Positions 48,663 to 59,664 of a stretch of DNA of 64,000 bases are shown in pieces (position 1 is the stretch's first letter; each line of letters starts with the position of its first letter). Origin of the DNA: an uncultured delta proteobacterium (GTDB lineage Bacteria > Desulfobacterota > Binatia > UBA9968). The position numbers and the translations under genes are program-made. Below the pieces are notes generated by a model that ran no database searches, was not told where the DNA came from, and saw only the letters and a list, made by a program, of their open reading frames with translations. The DNA is taken from NCBI GenBank assembly GCA_963737905.1, contig CAVTUQ010000022.1, forward strand, positions 138,061 through 202,060, given 5' to 3'.

Positions 48663-50915
48663 CTAGCGCTTGGAAAATTCCCGATAATGGAAAGCAAAGG
48701 ATGTCGTCAAGAAAAAATCTTTCACAACCGCCGTTGTCAATTTCCACGGTCGGATCTGCGATAGCTTCATTTGCCGCAGGTTCGTCAGAGTATGAGACCA
48801 GATCCGCTGTAACTCCTGGCGCGAATAGACGACTCGGTTGTTGAGGGCATCAAACTTAATAAAACTTAACCGGGCTTTCGACGGTAGCGAATCTCGCAAT
48901 CGGGCATAGGCATCGTGCCACTCGTGTAGGCGGTCTCCCAGCCGGATGCTGGCATGAATAATATTGTACATTTCATCGAGCCCGCGGTGTGCGGCTTCGC
49001 TTTCACGGAGGCGCAACTCTTGAATTCGCTCCCGCAGAACCCCCCACTGCTTTAGGAAGCGGTCCAGATCTTTCCGGGTAAGTAGGATCCTTGACGATAG
49101 TTCTTCCAAGGGATCCAGCAGGGCTCGCACTTTATCCGGCAAGGCTCCTTGGGCATTGCTATAGACCTTTTGCAGCTCGGCAATACGCAGCGCCTGCCAC
49201 ACCTCGGCTTGAAGTTTCTGCAGCTGTTCGATCCAATGTTCTTCGGTGTCGCTTTTCTTTCTAGTTTGCAGCCACACTTCCTCCATTTCCTTGAGGAACT
49301 TGGCCCAGAAGATGAAAAGATGGGTAATCTCCTTGATGCGTTTCCAGGCGTGGATGGGTACCGAGTCGATGACAAATCCGGATCGTCGATTCTTGCGATC
49401 CTTCAGGCGGAAGAAGCCTGCGACCATCGGATGTTGTTTCTCAATCAAGGCTGCGTTCTTGTACCAGAAAAAGATGGACATGAGGTTCCAGTAGTTCTTG
49501 GGGTGGTTACTCCAGCGCGAAAGGACCTTGATCATGTTTTCTTTGCTGTAGAAAGTCTCCCAGGCGTTCTCATAGGCATGGGTCCATTCCTCGGCCGTCA
49601 TGCGCGGATGATTTATGGTTGCGTGAAACGAATCGCGTTTGTTGAAATCTGGATCCATCCATTCACCGCGCTTCCTCATTTCGCGATGGTCATGGGAGCC
49701 CGGCAGCGGCGTCAACATAAAAAAGGACGCTTGATCGGGACCAACCTCATCCATGAGAAAGCGAATATCCTCGGGCACTTGATCTTTGGAATCCCACGGC
49801 AGGCCGATGATATAGCCCGTGTGTACGACCACGCCGGCGTCGTGCCATTCTTGAATGATGTTACGGTACTCTTCGACGTTATTTTGCTTCTTGCCTTCGG
49901 CCTTCAGGTTCTCCGGGTTGACGCTCTCCATCCCAATGAACACTTGGGTGCAGCCGGCCTTGCCCGCAAGTTGCACGAACTCCTTCGGCTTCTTTGCCAG
50001 GTCGACTTGCATCATAAAGGTTATCTGGAGACCTTCTTCACGCAGCTTGATGATCTCTTCGAAAGTCTCGCGCCAATATTTCTTACGGGCAAAATTATCG
50101 TCAGTAAAGAAATAAAAGGAGATACCGTGCTCCAAGTAATTCCGCCGTATCATGGCGGCGATACTTTTCGGGCTTCTTTCCCTCATCTTGCGACCCTGAA
50201 CATTGATAATCGTACAAAAGCTGCAGGCGAACGGGCAGCCGCGTGAAGTGTCGGCCGTACCGAAAGAAGGATAGGCAAAATGGTCCATCGTCTTAGGGCT
50301 GGTTTTCGGCAAGGGTGCTGAGCCGATATCTACCAAGTTCTGCAGGTCCTGCGCGAAGCTATAAAGCGGTTGCAGCCGATCTTGAAGAAAGTCGGCTAGG
50401 ATCATTTCCCATCGCCCTTCGACCTCACCGGAAACGACGCAAATCGAGTCGCGAATCAACTCCTGAATATCGGGTTCTTGCTCTCCCAACATGTTGATCG
50501 TGCCGCTGGTATGAAAACCGCCCATGATCACCGAGATCCCTGCCGTTCTAAGGATTCTTGCCATGTCCAAAGCGCGCGGAAACTGATTGGTTTGTACGCC
50601 GACTAAACAGACCAACAGTTTAGTACCGGGATTGCGGCCCCAGCGAATGATCTTCTGGAGCGGAACCTTCTCTGCGGTTTCGTCGAAGGTAACAACCTCG
50701 ATTGGAAGATCCGCAAAGACGCGGCGTTCCTTTACGTCTTCAGTCAAACCATGAAGTACGTTGAGGGTATTGCTGGGCAGAACCCCTTTCCAGAAGCGTA
50801 TCACATAACCCTCGTCGTCATACTTGGAGGGCTTGATCAACACAATGCGAAATCTTTCGATTCGCTGTGGCAGGGCTACTCGCGGCTTGAAAACGCTTGT
50901 AAGTCGGCGCAACAT
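48663..50915 (-). CDS. Large radical SAM protein with B12-binding-like N-domain and helical C-terminal extension
   Basis: LIKPSKYDDEGYV, GVQTNQFPRA.D, GGFH, SRGCPFACSFCT, TDDNF, FIGMES, GYIIG, FF.LTPLPGS. Confidence 0.85.
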   Translation of the reverse strand: MLRRLTSVFKPRVALPQRIERFRIVLIKPSKYDDEGYVIRFWKGVLPSNTLNVLHGLTEDVKERRVFADLPIEVVTFDETAEKVPLQKIIRWGRNPGTKLLVCLVGVQTNQFPRALDMARILRTAGISVIMGGFHTSGTINMLGEQEPDIQELIRDSICVVSGEVEGRWEMILADFLQDRLQPLYSFAQDLQNLVDIGSAPLPKTSPKTMDHFAYPSFGTADTSRGCPFACSFCTIINVQGRKMRERSPKSIAAMIRRNYLEHGISFYFFTDDNFARKKYWRETFEEIIKLREEGLQITFMMQVDLAKKPKEFVQLAGKAGCTQVFIGMESVNPENLKAEGKKQNNVEEYRNIIQEWHDAGVVVHTGYIIGLPWDSKDQVPEDIRFLMDEVGPDQASFFMLTPLPGSHDHREMRKRGEWMDPDFNKRDSFHATINHPRMTAEEWTHAYENAWETFYSKENMIKVLSRWSNHPKNYWNLMSIFFWYKNAALIEKQHPMVAGFFRLKDRKNRRSGFVIDSVPIHAWKRIKEITHLFIFWAKFLKEMEEVWLQTRKKSDTEEHWIEQLQKLQAEVWQALRIAELQKVYSNAQGALPDKVRALLDPLEELSSRILLTRKDLDRFLKQWGVLRERIQELRLRESEAAHRGLDEMYNIIHASIRLGDRLHEWHDAYARLRDSLPSKARLSFIKFDALNNRVVYSRQELQRIWSHTLTNLRQMKLSQIRPWKLTTAVVKDFFLTTSFAFHYREFSKR

Positions 50916-51030
50916 CTTTTATAGATAGGCCAATAAATTCAATATTTTGGCAACTGTAACAGCCACCTATATTCATGTCAAGTCTTTTTCAGAGTTGGTG
51001 CCGTCTCAGCTGCTTCTAACGGCAGTTTTC

Positions 51031-51717
51031 ATGATCCAACTCTTGCATGTATCGAAAATATACCCGCCGAACACTGCAGCTCTCAAAAATATCACTCTGG
51101 AGATAGCGCGAGGGGAGTTGGTTTTTTTGGCCGGACCGAGCGGTGCGGGGAAAACGACGTTGCTGAAGCTACTCTTCCGGGAAGAGCACCCTTCCAAGGG
51201 CGAAATATTTATGAATGGCAAGAAGGTAACCACCCTCAACAGCCGGGGAGTTGCTCGACTGCGGCAGCAGATGGGTCTCGTGTTTCAAGAATTCAAGTTC
51301 CTGCCGCACATGACGGCCCTCGACAATGTTGCCTTCGCGTCCCTAGTGACCGGTGCGCCGCGAAGGGCCAGCTACATCAAGGCGTATCATTTGCTTCGCG
51401 AATTCGGGCTGCGGGAAAAGGTTGAGGCCAAGCCTCTCGCCCTTTCCGGAGGCGAACAACAACGCGTCGCCATCGCGCGGGCGTTGATGAACGACCCGCT
51501 AGTTGTGCTGGCTGACGAGCCTACGGGAAACCTGGATGCAGACCTGGCAGAAGAGATCCTGCGTCTCTTTCTCAAGATCCGGGAGCGGGGAACCACCATC
51601 CTCGTCGCGACCCACAATCTGGATCTCGGCCGGCGATACGGGACGCGGGTTCTTTCTCTTCAGGAAGGTTGCTTGGTGGACGACTTGAACCTCCCCAAAG
51701 AGGGTCGCGCCGGGTGA
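51031..51717 (+). CDS. ftsE: Cell division ATP-binding protein FtsE
   Basis: [29 protein letters not shown]; followed by ftsX. Confidence 0.92.
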   Translation: MIQLLHVSKIYPPNTAALKNITLEIARGELVFLAGPSGAGKTTLLKLLFREEHPSKGEIFMNGKKVTTLNSRGVARLRQQMGLVFQEFKFLPHMTALDNVAFASLVTGAPRRASYIKAYHLLREFGLREKVEAKPLALSGGEQQRVAIARALMNDPLVVLADEPTGNLDADLAEEILRLFLKIRERGTTILVATHNLDLGRRYGTRVLSLQEGCLVDDLNLPKEGRAG

Positions 51718-52613
51718 AGCGATCACAGCTGGGTCTCGTCGGCCGCCGCGTGTGCGGTAGCCTCTGGGCGCGGTTTTGGACACACGTGCTCACCGCGGGA
51801 ACGATGGCGATCACTCTGTTTGTATTCGGAGGGTTCATGCTGGCAGAGGAAAATCTTCAAAACCGGCTCAAAGGCTGGGGGGATCAAATTCAAATCAATG
51901 CTTACTTGGACAAAGGTTTGGGCACCGGGGAGGTATCGCTGCTGCGTGATAAGATACAAAATTTTTCTGAAGTGGAGCGGATTCGCCATATTTCCCGGGA
52001 GCAAGCTTGGAAAGATTTTCGCGCGGCCCTGGGGGCAAACTCTAATGTATTGGAAGGTCTTCCCGAAGATGTCTTGCCCGCATCCTTCGAGATCTTCGTC
52101 AAGCCAGCCTATCGGGATGGACCGATGGTCGAGGCATTGGCCAACCGGCTACGGAGAGAAAAGGGACTTACCGCCGTTGACTATCCGCAAGCATGGGTCG
52201 ACAGGTTGAGTCTCGTGGGCCTGGCTCTGCAATGGGCAAAGTGGCTACTCGGCGGGATTCTTTTCATTGGCACATTTTTTATCGTCCGGAGCACGGTGCG
52301 CCTAGGCATCTTAGCACAGAAAGACGAGATTGAAGTCATGCAATGGATAGGCGCGCCCGAGGAACTCATTCAGGCTCCGTTCGTCATCGAAGGCCTCATC
52401 CAAGGAATCATCGGGGCGGGGTTGTCGGTCCTGGGGCTATGGTCTTTAGTGTTGTTACTGCGTGATCAAATGCCGACTTCAATCATTTTTTTTGGCAGCT
52501 TGGCCCAGCTCCAATTTATCGATTGGAGAAGCATCGCTCTCATCCTCGCTATCGGATCGTTGTTGGGAGCATCCGGCAGTCTGTTCTCCCTTCGGAGGTT
52601 CATGAAGAGATGA
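51714..52613 (+). CDS. ftsX: Cell division permease FtsX
   Basis: Four TMs, IS.EQA...F, N...LPAS, EIEVM...GA....I.APF..EG. Confidence 0.9.
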   Translation: MKRSQLGLVGRRVCGSLWARFWTHVLTAGTMAITLFVFGGFMLAEENLQNRLKGWGDQIQINAYLDKGLGTGEVSLLRDKIQNFSEVERIRHISREQAWKDFRAALGANSNVLEGLPEDVLPASFEIFVKPAYRDGPMVEALANRLRREKGLTAVDYPQAWVDRLSLVGLALQWAKWLLGGILFIGTFFIVRSTVRLGILAQKDEIEVMQWIGAPEELIQAPFVIEGLIQGIIGAGLSVLGLWSLVLLLRDQMPTSIIFFGSLAQLQFIDWRSIALILAIGSLLGASGSLFSLRRFMKR

Positions 52614-53767
52614 AGAGGATGAGTCGACGATCATCCCTTTACGTATTCGTACTGCTCTTTTTTTGCGGATTCCGGCTCGATGCCGCCAGCGTCGGCAAAG
52701 ACCTCGAAGGAATCAAGAAGAAAATAGAAAGACAGCGACAGGGAATCAATCAGGTACAAAAAAGAGAGGGATCGGCGGTCCAGGCACTGGGTCAAATCGA
52801 AAAAGATTTGAAAAAGAAGACCAACGACCTGAAGACGGCAAACTCCACGCTTGCTTCGATCTTGAGTGAACTGCAGCAGGAAGAGATCGCGGCAGGGCGA
52901 CTCAAAGTCTCCCTGGATCAGAGACGGGAGCTGCTGATGAAACGGGCCGTTGCACTTTATCGCTGGCACCGAGGTGGGGGTCCCTTTTCGCTCCTTAGCG
53001 ACGACGTCCCGCCTGGAGTTTTACTGCAGCGCAAGCGTTATTTGGAAGCGACCGTTTTGTTCGATCAAGAGCTGGTTCAGAAATTGAGCGACGAGGCGAC
53101 CTCCCAGGAGACTGTCAAAAGAGCGCTGGCGCGCAAAAGAGAAGAACTGGACGACCAAAGACGAATGCTCGCCAAGGTCCAGGATTCAGTCCGCAAGGAC
53201 GCCGAAAAGAAAAAAGAGCTCCTTGCAAGTCTTCGGCAGGAGAAAGCGGGTCGCGTTCGAGCCCTCAAGGAGTTGGAGCAAGCGGCACTGCGTCTCCAGA
53301 AGATGATGGATGAAATGTCCCGACGCGCTGTGAGCAAACCGCCGGAATTCCCTCCCGGGATAGGACTCGAAGCCATGAAAGGAAAACTCGAGTGGCCAGT
53401 GCGAGGAAAAGTCACCGGGGGTTTTGGCAAAATCAGACATCCTGAGTTTTCAGCCGAAGTCTTTCGAAAAGGCATTGATATCGAAGCGCCCATCGGCGAG
53501 GAAATTAGGGCAGTCGAGAAGGGCCGGGTAGTGTTCGCGGAACACTTTTCTGGCTATGGCAGGATGGTGATCATCGATCATGGAGAGCGTTACTTTAGTG
53601 TTTATGCGCATCTGTCTGAAATCATTAAGAAACTCGGCGAGACGGTAAAGCGAGGCGAAACCCTGGGGCGGGTGGGCGATAGTGATTCCCTCGCCGGCTC
53701 ACGGCTTTACTTCGAGATGCGCAAGGATGGCAAGTCCATAGACCCCTTGCCATGGTTTCGAAAATAA
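52610..53767 (+). CDS. envC: EnvC-like murein hydrolase activator (coiled coil + degenerate M23)
   Basis: Signal peptide, long coiled coil, KG.L.WPV.G, KGIDI and RLYFE (Zn-ligand His residues lost), YAHLS. Confidence 0.85.
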   Translation: MKRMSRRSSLYVFVLLFFCGFRLDAASVGKDLEGIKKKIERQRQGINQVQKREGSAVQALGQIEKDLKKKTNDLKTANSTLASILSELQQEEIAAGRLKVSLDQRRELLMKRAVALYRWHRGGGPFSLLSDDVPPGVLLQRKRYLEATVLFDQELVQKLSDEATSQETVKRALARKREELDDQRRMLAKVQDSVRKDAEKKKELLASLRQEKAGRVRALKELEQAALRLQKMMDEMSRRAVSKPPEFPPGIGLEAMKGKLEWPVRGKVTGGFGKIRHPEFSAEVFRKGIDIEAPIGEEIRAVEKGRVVFAEHFSGYGRMVIIDHGERYFSVYAHLSEIIKKLGETVKRGETLGRVGDSDSLAGSRLYFEMRKDGKSIDPLPWFRK

Positions 53768-53836
53768 TAGATATTTCCAAAGTGTTGGGATAGAATCATC
53801 GAACTGGATGTTTCGACTTCACCGAGGAGACTGACT

Positions 53837-55195
53837 ATGCGAATGACAAAGCGCGGCTTCCCGGTCATCCTGCTGCTCGTAGGGATGGCCCTCGGGTTCT
53901 TTCTAGCAGCTCAGTGGGTGCCGAGTGTTTCGGCAGTCCCCCGCCAGGATTATGAGAGCCTGGAAGCGTTTACCAATATTCTTTCCATCGTTAAGAAAAA
54001 CTATGTAGAAGACGTGGACACCAAGAACCTGGTGAACGGAGCGATCAATGGAATGTTGAGCTCTCTTGATCCTCACAGCGCTTACCTCACGCCCGAACTC
54101 TACAAAGAACTGCAAATGGATACGCAGGGACGCTTCGGCGGCCTTGGGATTGAAATCACGGTCAAAGGCGGGATTCTCACCGTGGTCTCGCCAATTGAAG
54201 ATACGCCTGCCGCGAAAGCAGGCGTCAAGCCCGGCGATCAGATCTTCAAGATCGAAGACGAATTCACCAAAGACATGACCCTGGTGGACGCGGTAAAGAA
54301 AATGCGCGGGCCGAAGGGAACGAAAATCACGATCTCCATAAAACGAGAAGGCGTGCCGGAACTCATCGATTTTACCTTGACGCGCGATACGGTTCGTGTG
54401 CAGAGTGTGCGTAGCCGAACTCTTGAACCGGGTTATGGGTATATTCGGCTGGCGCAGTTTCAGGAACGAAGTGATCGTGATGTCCAAAAGGCTCTTGAAA
54501 AAATGGCTGCCGAAAAAGATGGTATAAAGGGATTAGTTTTGGACCTAAGAAACGACCCGGGCGGTCTGTTGACCCAAGCCGTTCGGATTTCGGATCTATT
54601 TCTCGACTCGGGTTTGATTGTTTACACCGACGGTCGCATCGAGTCTCAAAAGCAGAAATATTTCGCTCAGAAAGACGGTTCGTGGATGGACTTCCCGCTC
54701 GTGGTTTTGGTAAACGGGGGAAGTGCCAGCGCCTCCGAGATCGTCGCGGGCGCGTTACAGGATCATAAACGCGCGGTTGTCTTGGGAACCAAAACTTTCG
54801 GCAAGGGTTCGGTGCAAACCATTTTACCGTTGGATGATAGTTCCGCGTTGCGCCTGACGACCGCGCGTTACTTTACGCCCAAAGGCCGCTCGATTCAGGC
54901 AACGGGTATCGTTCCGGATATTATTGTCGAGGCTGCTCCCCCGCAGGAAGCAAAAGTCGATGAAAAGCGGCGGCCGAGCTTGCGCGAGGAGAACTTGCCG
55001 GGCCATCTCCAGAATCCACAACAGACGCCCAACGCGCAACCCGAGTCGGTAGACAAAGAGAACGAAAAACAGATACCCTCTTCCGGACCGACGGGTGACG
55101 ACAGCATTGACAACGACGCGCAATTAAAGCGGGCCCTGGACTTGCTGAAGAGTTGGGATGTCTTTAAACAGCTCGTGCAAAAGAAGGCGGCCTAA
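53837..55195 (+). CDS. ctpA: S41A carboxy-terminal processing protease
   Basis: LDPHS, GLGIE (PDZ), LDLRNDPGG, SASASEIVAGALQD, FGKGSVQ, TPKGRSIQ..GI.PD. Confidence 0.93.
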   Translation: MRMTKRGFPVILLLVGMALGFFLAAQWVPSVSAVPRQDYESLEAFTNILSIVKKNYVEDVDTKNLVNGAINGMLSSLDPHSAYLTPELYKELQMDTQGRFGGLGIEITVKGGILTVVSPIEDTPAAKAGVKPGDQIFKIEDEFTKDMTLVDAVKKMRGPKGTKITISIKREGVPELIDFTLTRDTVRVQSVRSRTLEPGYGYIRLAQFQERSDRDVQKALEKMAAEKDGIKGLVLDLRNDPGGLLTQAVRISDLFLDSGLIVYTDGRIESQKQKYFAQKDGSWMDFPLVVLVNGGSASASEIVAGALQDHKRAVVLGTKTFGKGSVQTILPLDDSSALRLTTARYFTPKGRSIQATGIVPDIIVEAAPPQEAKVDEKRRPSLREENLPGHLQNPQQTPNAQPESVDKENEKQIPSSGPTGDDSIDNDAQLKRALDLLKSWDVFKQLVQKKAA

Positions 55196-55233
55196 ACCGG
55201 GTTGCGGTTGTTAGACGCTTCAAGGCATTCTCC

Positions 55234-55264
55234 ATTAGCCCTCCGTCCGGAGGGCTAATTTTTT
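55234..55264 (+). terminator. Intrinsic terminator after ctpA
   Basis: ATTAGCCCTCC-GTCC-GGAGGGCTAAT followed by a T run. Confidence 0.85.
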
Positions 55265-55299
55265 GTGGGCAGACATTCAGCAGTCGGAGCTAGACCCCA

Positions 55300-56529
55300 A
55301 TGAAAAAAGCGGCGGATGACTTACCTCTGTTCGCCCGAGCGGCTCCACGATTTTTCACCATCAGCGAGCTCAACCAAATCATCAAGGGGACACTGGAGCA
55401 AGAGTTGGACGGATTATGGGTTGTGGGTGAGGTCTCCAATTTTCGTGTCCCGCCTTCCGGCCATTATTACTTCACGCTCAAAGATGACAAGTGCCAGATC
55501 GCGGCCGTGATGTTTCGACGCCAGGGCCTCAGTCTCGTCTTCGCCCCGGCAAATGGTATGGAGGTCCTGTGCTTCGGTAAAGTCAGTCTCTACCCGGTGC
55601 GTGGAGATTTGCAGCTATACGTTGAAAGTATGGAGCCAAGGGGGCAAGGAGCCCTCTACTTGGCGTTCGAGCAGTTGAAGAAAAAGTTATTCGCCGAGGG
55701 ACTATTCGCAGAGGACCGCAAACGAGCGTTGCCGTTCTTGCCTGTCTCGATCGGCATTGTAACCTCGGAAAAAGGTGCCGCTCTGAGGGACATGTTGCGC
55801 ATCATCGGCGATCGCTATCCTGATCGCCGCGTCGTTGTGTGGCCGGTGAAGGTTCAGGGTGAAGGAGCGGCCAAAGAAATTGCCAAGGGCATCACCGAGC
55901 TCGGTCGATCGGGCGAGGTGGAGGTATGATTGTTGGCCGCGGCGGCGGCTCCTTGGAAGATCTTTGGGCTTTCAATGAGGAGATCGTCGCGCGCAGCATA
56001 TTTGCGTCGCCGGTGCCGGTGATCTCCGCGGTGGGTCACGAAATAGATTTTACTATTGCGGACTTTGTCGCGGATTTGCGGGCGCCCACGCCGACCGCGG
56101 CTGCCGAGATTGCTGTTCCGAGAAAGTCTGAATTGGTGGAGCAGGTGATGGATCTGGAAGAGCAACTGGTGAGATGTATGTGGCGAAAATTGGAGATGGC
56201 AAAGGAAAACTGGCGCGGATTCGTCAAGAGGCTAGCCGATCCCGATACGGAAGTTGCGTGAAACGCAACAGCGTGTGGATGAATTGTCGGTGGACCTTGT
56301 GCGCCGTTTGCGCGATCGTATGCGTCAGCTCAAGGATCCATTAGTCCAGAGAGCCGGGCGACTCGATGCGCTGAGCCCCTTGGCTGTTTTGGATCGGGGG
56401 TACAGCTTGGCGCACAAAATACCGGAGGGAAAGCTCGTCAAGGACATAACCTTTTTGGATATCGGCGATTTTCTCCGTGTTACGTTTGCGAAGGGGAAAG
56501 CGATCTGCCGGGTGGAAAGAAAAGAATGA
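55300..56529 (+). CDS. xseA: Exodeoxyribonuclease VII large subunit (frameshifts ~55926 and ~56243)
   Basis: GEVSN...[52 protein letters not shown]...L.RGY. Confidence 0.93.
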
Positions 56530-56530
56530 A

Positions 56531-57448
56531 ATGAAAAGCGCGCGCGTCATAGGAATTTCACTTGCGCTGTTGTTGTTCTTCGATGGTCGCTCCTTCGGTC
56601 GTCCGGCCGCCAAAGCGACGGCAACCAAACCCACTGAAATCTTTCAAGGTGGTATCGTAGAGCTGAAGATCCCCGGCGTAGGGTTGACCACCGTGGAGGG
56701 GCGAATGGGAAAGGCGACCATCCCGTTCTTTTTGAGTGACCGGGACCATTACGCGGCGCTCGTCGGCGCGGATCTTGAAGCGAAGCCTGGTTTGGTAACC
56801 GTCTTTGTCAGAGGCACGACAACGACGGGAGTAGGGCGCGACAGCCAGATGACGTTGCTGATCAAGCCAAAATCTTTCAAAAAGGAATCTTTTTCAGTTG
56901 CGAAAGAATTCGACCAGTTGAGCCCCGAAACGCTGGAGAGAATTCGGCAGGATCAGGAGCAATTTTCCCACGCTTTTATGACTTCTGCACCAGAGCGTTT
57001 GTGGGAAGGCCGTTTTCTCCTTCCCGTATCCAGTGAGGTCAGCTCACCCTTTGGTTATCGCCGGGTCATTAATGGGATGCCCCGTGCGCCGCATACCGGC
57101 GTCGATTTGAAAGCTGCGCTGGGCACAGAGGTGCTTGCGGCGAACCATGGTCGAGTTGTGTTGGTCGGCGATTATTTTTTCAGCGGCCATAGCTTGGTGC
57201 TGGACCACGGGGGTGGGCTATACACCATGTATTTCCATCTCTCGGGGTTCAAAGTTGAAATGGGAGCCGCGGTGCGCAAAGGGGATGTGATCGGTTTATC
57301 GGGGATGACGGGGCGAGTAACAGGGCCGCACCTCCATTGGGGTGCCCGGATCAACGGCGCGCGCGTTGATCCGTTTGAATTGGTCAACAAGCTGAGCGAT
57401 TCTCAGAGTCGGCTTGAAAGCGACACCACCGTCGATGGAGCGAAGTGA
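56531..57448 (+). CDS. M23-family metallopeptidase (Zn ligands intact)
   Basis: Signal peptide; SSPFG.RR..NG, HTGVD, DHG.G..T.Y.HLS, G.TGR.TGPHLH. Confidence 0.9.
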   Translation: MKSARVIGISLALLLFFDGRSFGRPAAKATATKPTEIFQGGIVELKIPGVGLTTVEGRMGKATIPFFLSDRDHYAALVGADLEAKPGLVTVFVRGTTTTGVGRDSQMTLLIKPKSFKKESFSVAKEFDQLSPETLERIRQDQEQFSHAFMTSAPERLWEGRFLLPVSSEVSSPFGYRRVINGMPRAPHTGVDLKAALGTEVLAANHGRVVLVGDYFFSGHSLVLDHGGGLYTMYFHLSGFKVEMGAAVRKGDVIGLSGMTGRVTGPHLHWGARINGARVDPFELVNKLSDSQSRLESDTTVDGAK

Positions 57449-57451
57449 TAG

Positions 57452-57724
57452 ATGGCCAAGAAAGATCAGTCGGACAAGAGATTCGAGTCGGCTTTGGAAG
57501 AGCTGGAAGGAGTCGTCGAGCAATTGGAATCGGGGGATCTTTCGCTCGAAGATGCGCTTGCCGCATTTGAAAAGGGAGTTGGCTTGGTCAAGTACTGTAA
57601 TCAGAAATTGAGTGAAGTAGAAAAAAAAGTTGAGCTTTTGCTCAAGGACAAAGAAGGAAGACTGCAACTCAAATTGTTGGATTCTCTGGCCGACGATGAG
57701 GAAAAGAACGAAGGCGGCGATTGA
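57452..57724 (+). CDS. xseB: Exodeoxyribonuclease VII small subunit
   Basis: FE.AL.ELE.VV..LESG.L.LE.AL..FE.G..L...C...L...E.KV. Confidence 0.93.
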   Translation: MAKKDQSDKRFESALEELEGVVEQLESGDLSLEDALAAFEKGVGLVKYCNQKLSEVEKKVELLLKDKEGRLQLKLLDSLADDEEKNEGGD

Positions 57725-57896
57725 AAGAGGGATCGTGCTACGCTCTCGACTATCTGTTCATCGTTGACCGGTGCTGACCATTCAGAGAGTTCCGCTACGT
57801 GTTGCTCCAAGCATTTCACCAACAAGTGCCGCGAAACAAAGTCCTCTAAGTAGACAGTCTTGCCAATATTCAATCGTGCCATCCAACGGTTAACGA

Positions 57897-59070
57897 CTAC
57901 GTAGCGGCCGTTTTGGAACTGTCTAGGGGCTCGAAAGCCCCGCCGGGACGACGAATATAAACTCGGCCACGCCAAACCTGACGCCGCTTGAGCGCGCTCG
58001 TGATTAGCCGCAGCGCGACCGGGAGATCGAGCAGTGGCGAAAACCAATAGGTCCAAGGTCTCCGCTCATATGCCCTCGCTGTGCCTATGAGCACACCGAC
58101 ACGAGTGAGGCTTAGACTTAGGTTCACGGCGACCCACCATCCCGGCGCGCCGATAGCATAAGCGATAGCGAGCAGGGGCAACGGCAATGATTGAACCAAC
58201 AAAACCTCCAGGAGGCCTGTGACTTCACGCCAGCTGAAGTATTGATCCCGTGTCGGTAGCGACCTTGGCCAATTGCGCCAGGTCTCCTGCCAGTCTTCGT
58301 ACATTCTTACCCAAACCAATCCATCGCTTTCGTAAAAGCCACTGAGCTCGCCGCATTCGGCTAATTTCCGAACCATGGTGAAATCATCGGAAAAGGATCC
58401 TTGGGCAGCCCGGAACGCATCGGTTCTTGACAGAGTTTCTCGTCGGCTGAAGAAACATTGGCCGTTTGCTTGAACCTGATGCGAATTGCAGGTGGCTTTT
58501 CCCGGCATGCCGAAGCGGTAGACGAGAGTTGTCAAAAGGCTGGGGTGGAGCATCGCGTCCGCGAAGCCAGAAAGATGCTGGCGCGTGGCCACCGAAAAGG
58601 TTGAAATGCCGGTTCGTTCGGCATGCGCTAACAAGGAACGCACAAGGAGCGGGGAACAGCGCACATCGGCATCGATGCAGAGAACCCATTCGCAGCGAGC
58701 ATCGCTGTTCTTAAACCCAAGGTAAAGTCCCCATGTTTTGCCGGTCCAATCGCTGGGAACCGGGCTGGCGTCCACCAAGCGCACGCGTCGGTCCCTTGAT
58801 TGGTATTGACGCCACCATCGACTGGGTGCTATCCGTGGAACCGCCGTCCACCACCAGAATTTCTTTAACTGCCTCTGTTTGAGCCACGAGACATTCAAGA
58901 CAAGCTTGGATGCGCGCTGCTTCGTTAAGGACCGGAAGGATGACGCTGACCTGCTCACGCCGCGACTCATTTGAGACTTCAATGCGGTCACCGCCGGCGG
59001 TTCGGACGAAACGGAAAATTACACGGAGAGCCAAGAGGAGCTGCAGCGCGCCGAATAACCCTAGGATCAT
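57897..59070 (-). CDS. GT2 glycosyltransferase, CruG-like carotenoid glycosyltransferase (frameshift ~58812)
   Basis: PVLNEA.RI, VDGGSTD.T, W.GK.W.L, IDADV, L.P.LL.TL..RF, ANGQCF, SFSDD, VRMYE.W.ETW..W.RSL; C-terminal TMs. Confidence 0.7.
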
Positions 59071-59532
59071 GGTAAGCTCCGCTAATCTTTGCGAACACCT
59101 TGTTTTTGGCTTGAGTCCGTCTTTTTCAGTGCAGGCAGGGATAACACTGAGTCTTCTTCCGCCATGCAGATACCGGGCAAGACGATCAAAAAGATTGCGA
59201 TTCTACAAACGATGGACGCGATCAAGTTCACGGATTTAAGTCGGGATACAGCCATTCCGCGCGCCCTTTGCTCTTGTAAATACGATTACCACATCCATGC
59301 ACAGCTATGCTTGCGGTTAGGGTAAGGATTTTCCGTATTTGAGAATTGAAGAACTTTCTGCCGCAGGAAGCCGCCGGCTCCCTGGCCGCTCAAACGTTCG
59401 GTTAGCCATAATCAACTGTTCTTTGTAGCAGACTAACGAAAATAACGCCATTCGATGTGATCCAATCAGGACAACCAGGGTGCGGTGTTTGATTCGATGC
59501 AATCTTACGAGATCGGATTGCTCGGAGATCAA

Positions 59533-59565
59533 TAAAGACGGATTACCTTAAAGACGGATTACCTT
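59533..59565. repeat. Perfect 16-bp tandem direct repeat
   Basis: TAAAGACGGATTACCT at 59533-59548 and 59549-59564. Confidence 0.9.
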
Positions 59566-59664
59566 TCGGAAAAGTAGGTTTTGTGCCAGTTCGGAGGTAT
59601 ACATTGAAGAAATCTGAGATTTTGAGTGACCGTCTAGTCAGGTGAGTTGAGCAAGAGCACGCGC

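Noticed and set aside
56531-57448. M23 peptidase between xseA and xseB as a novelty
   Set aside because: To my recollection this order occurs in other deltaproteobacteria, and the protein is a standard M23 enzyme.
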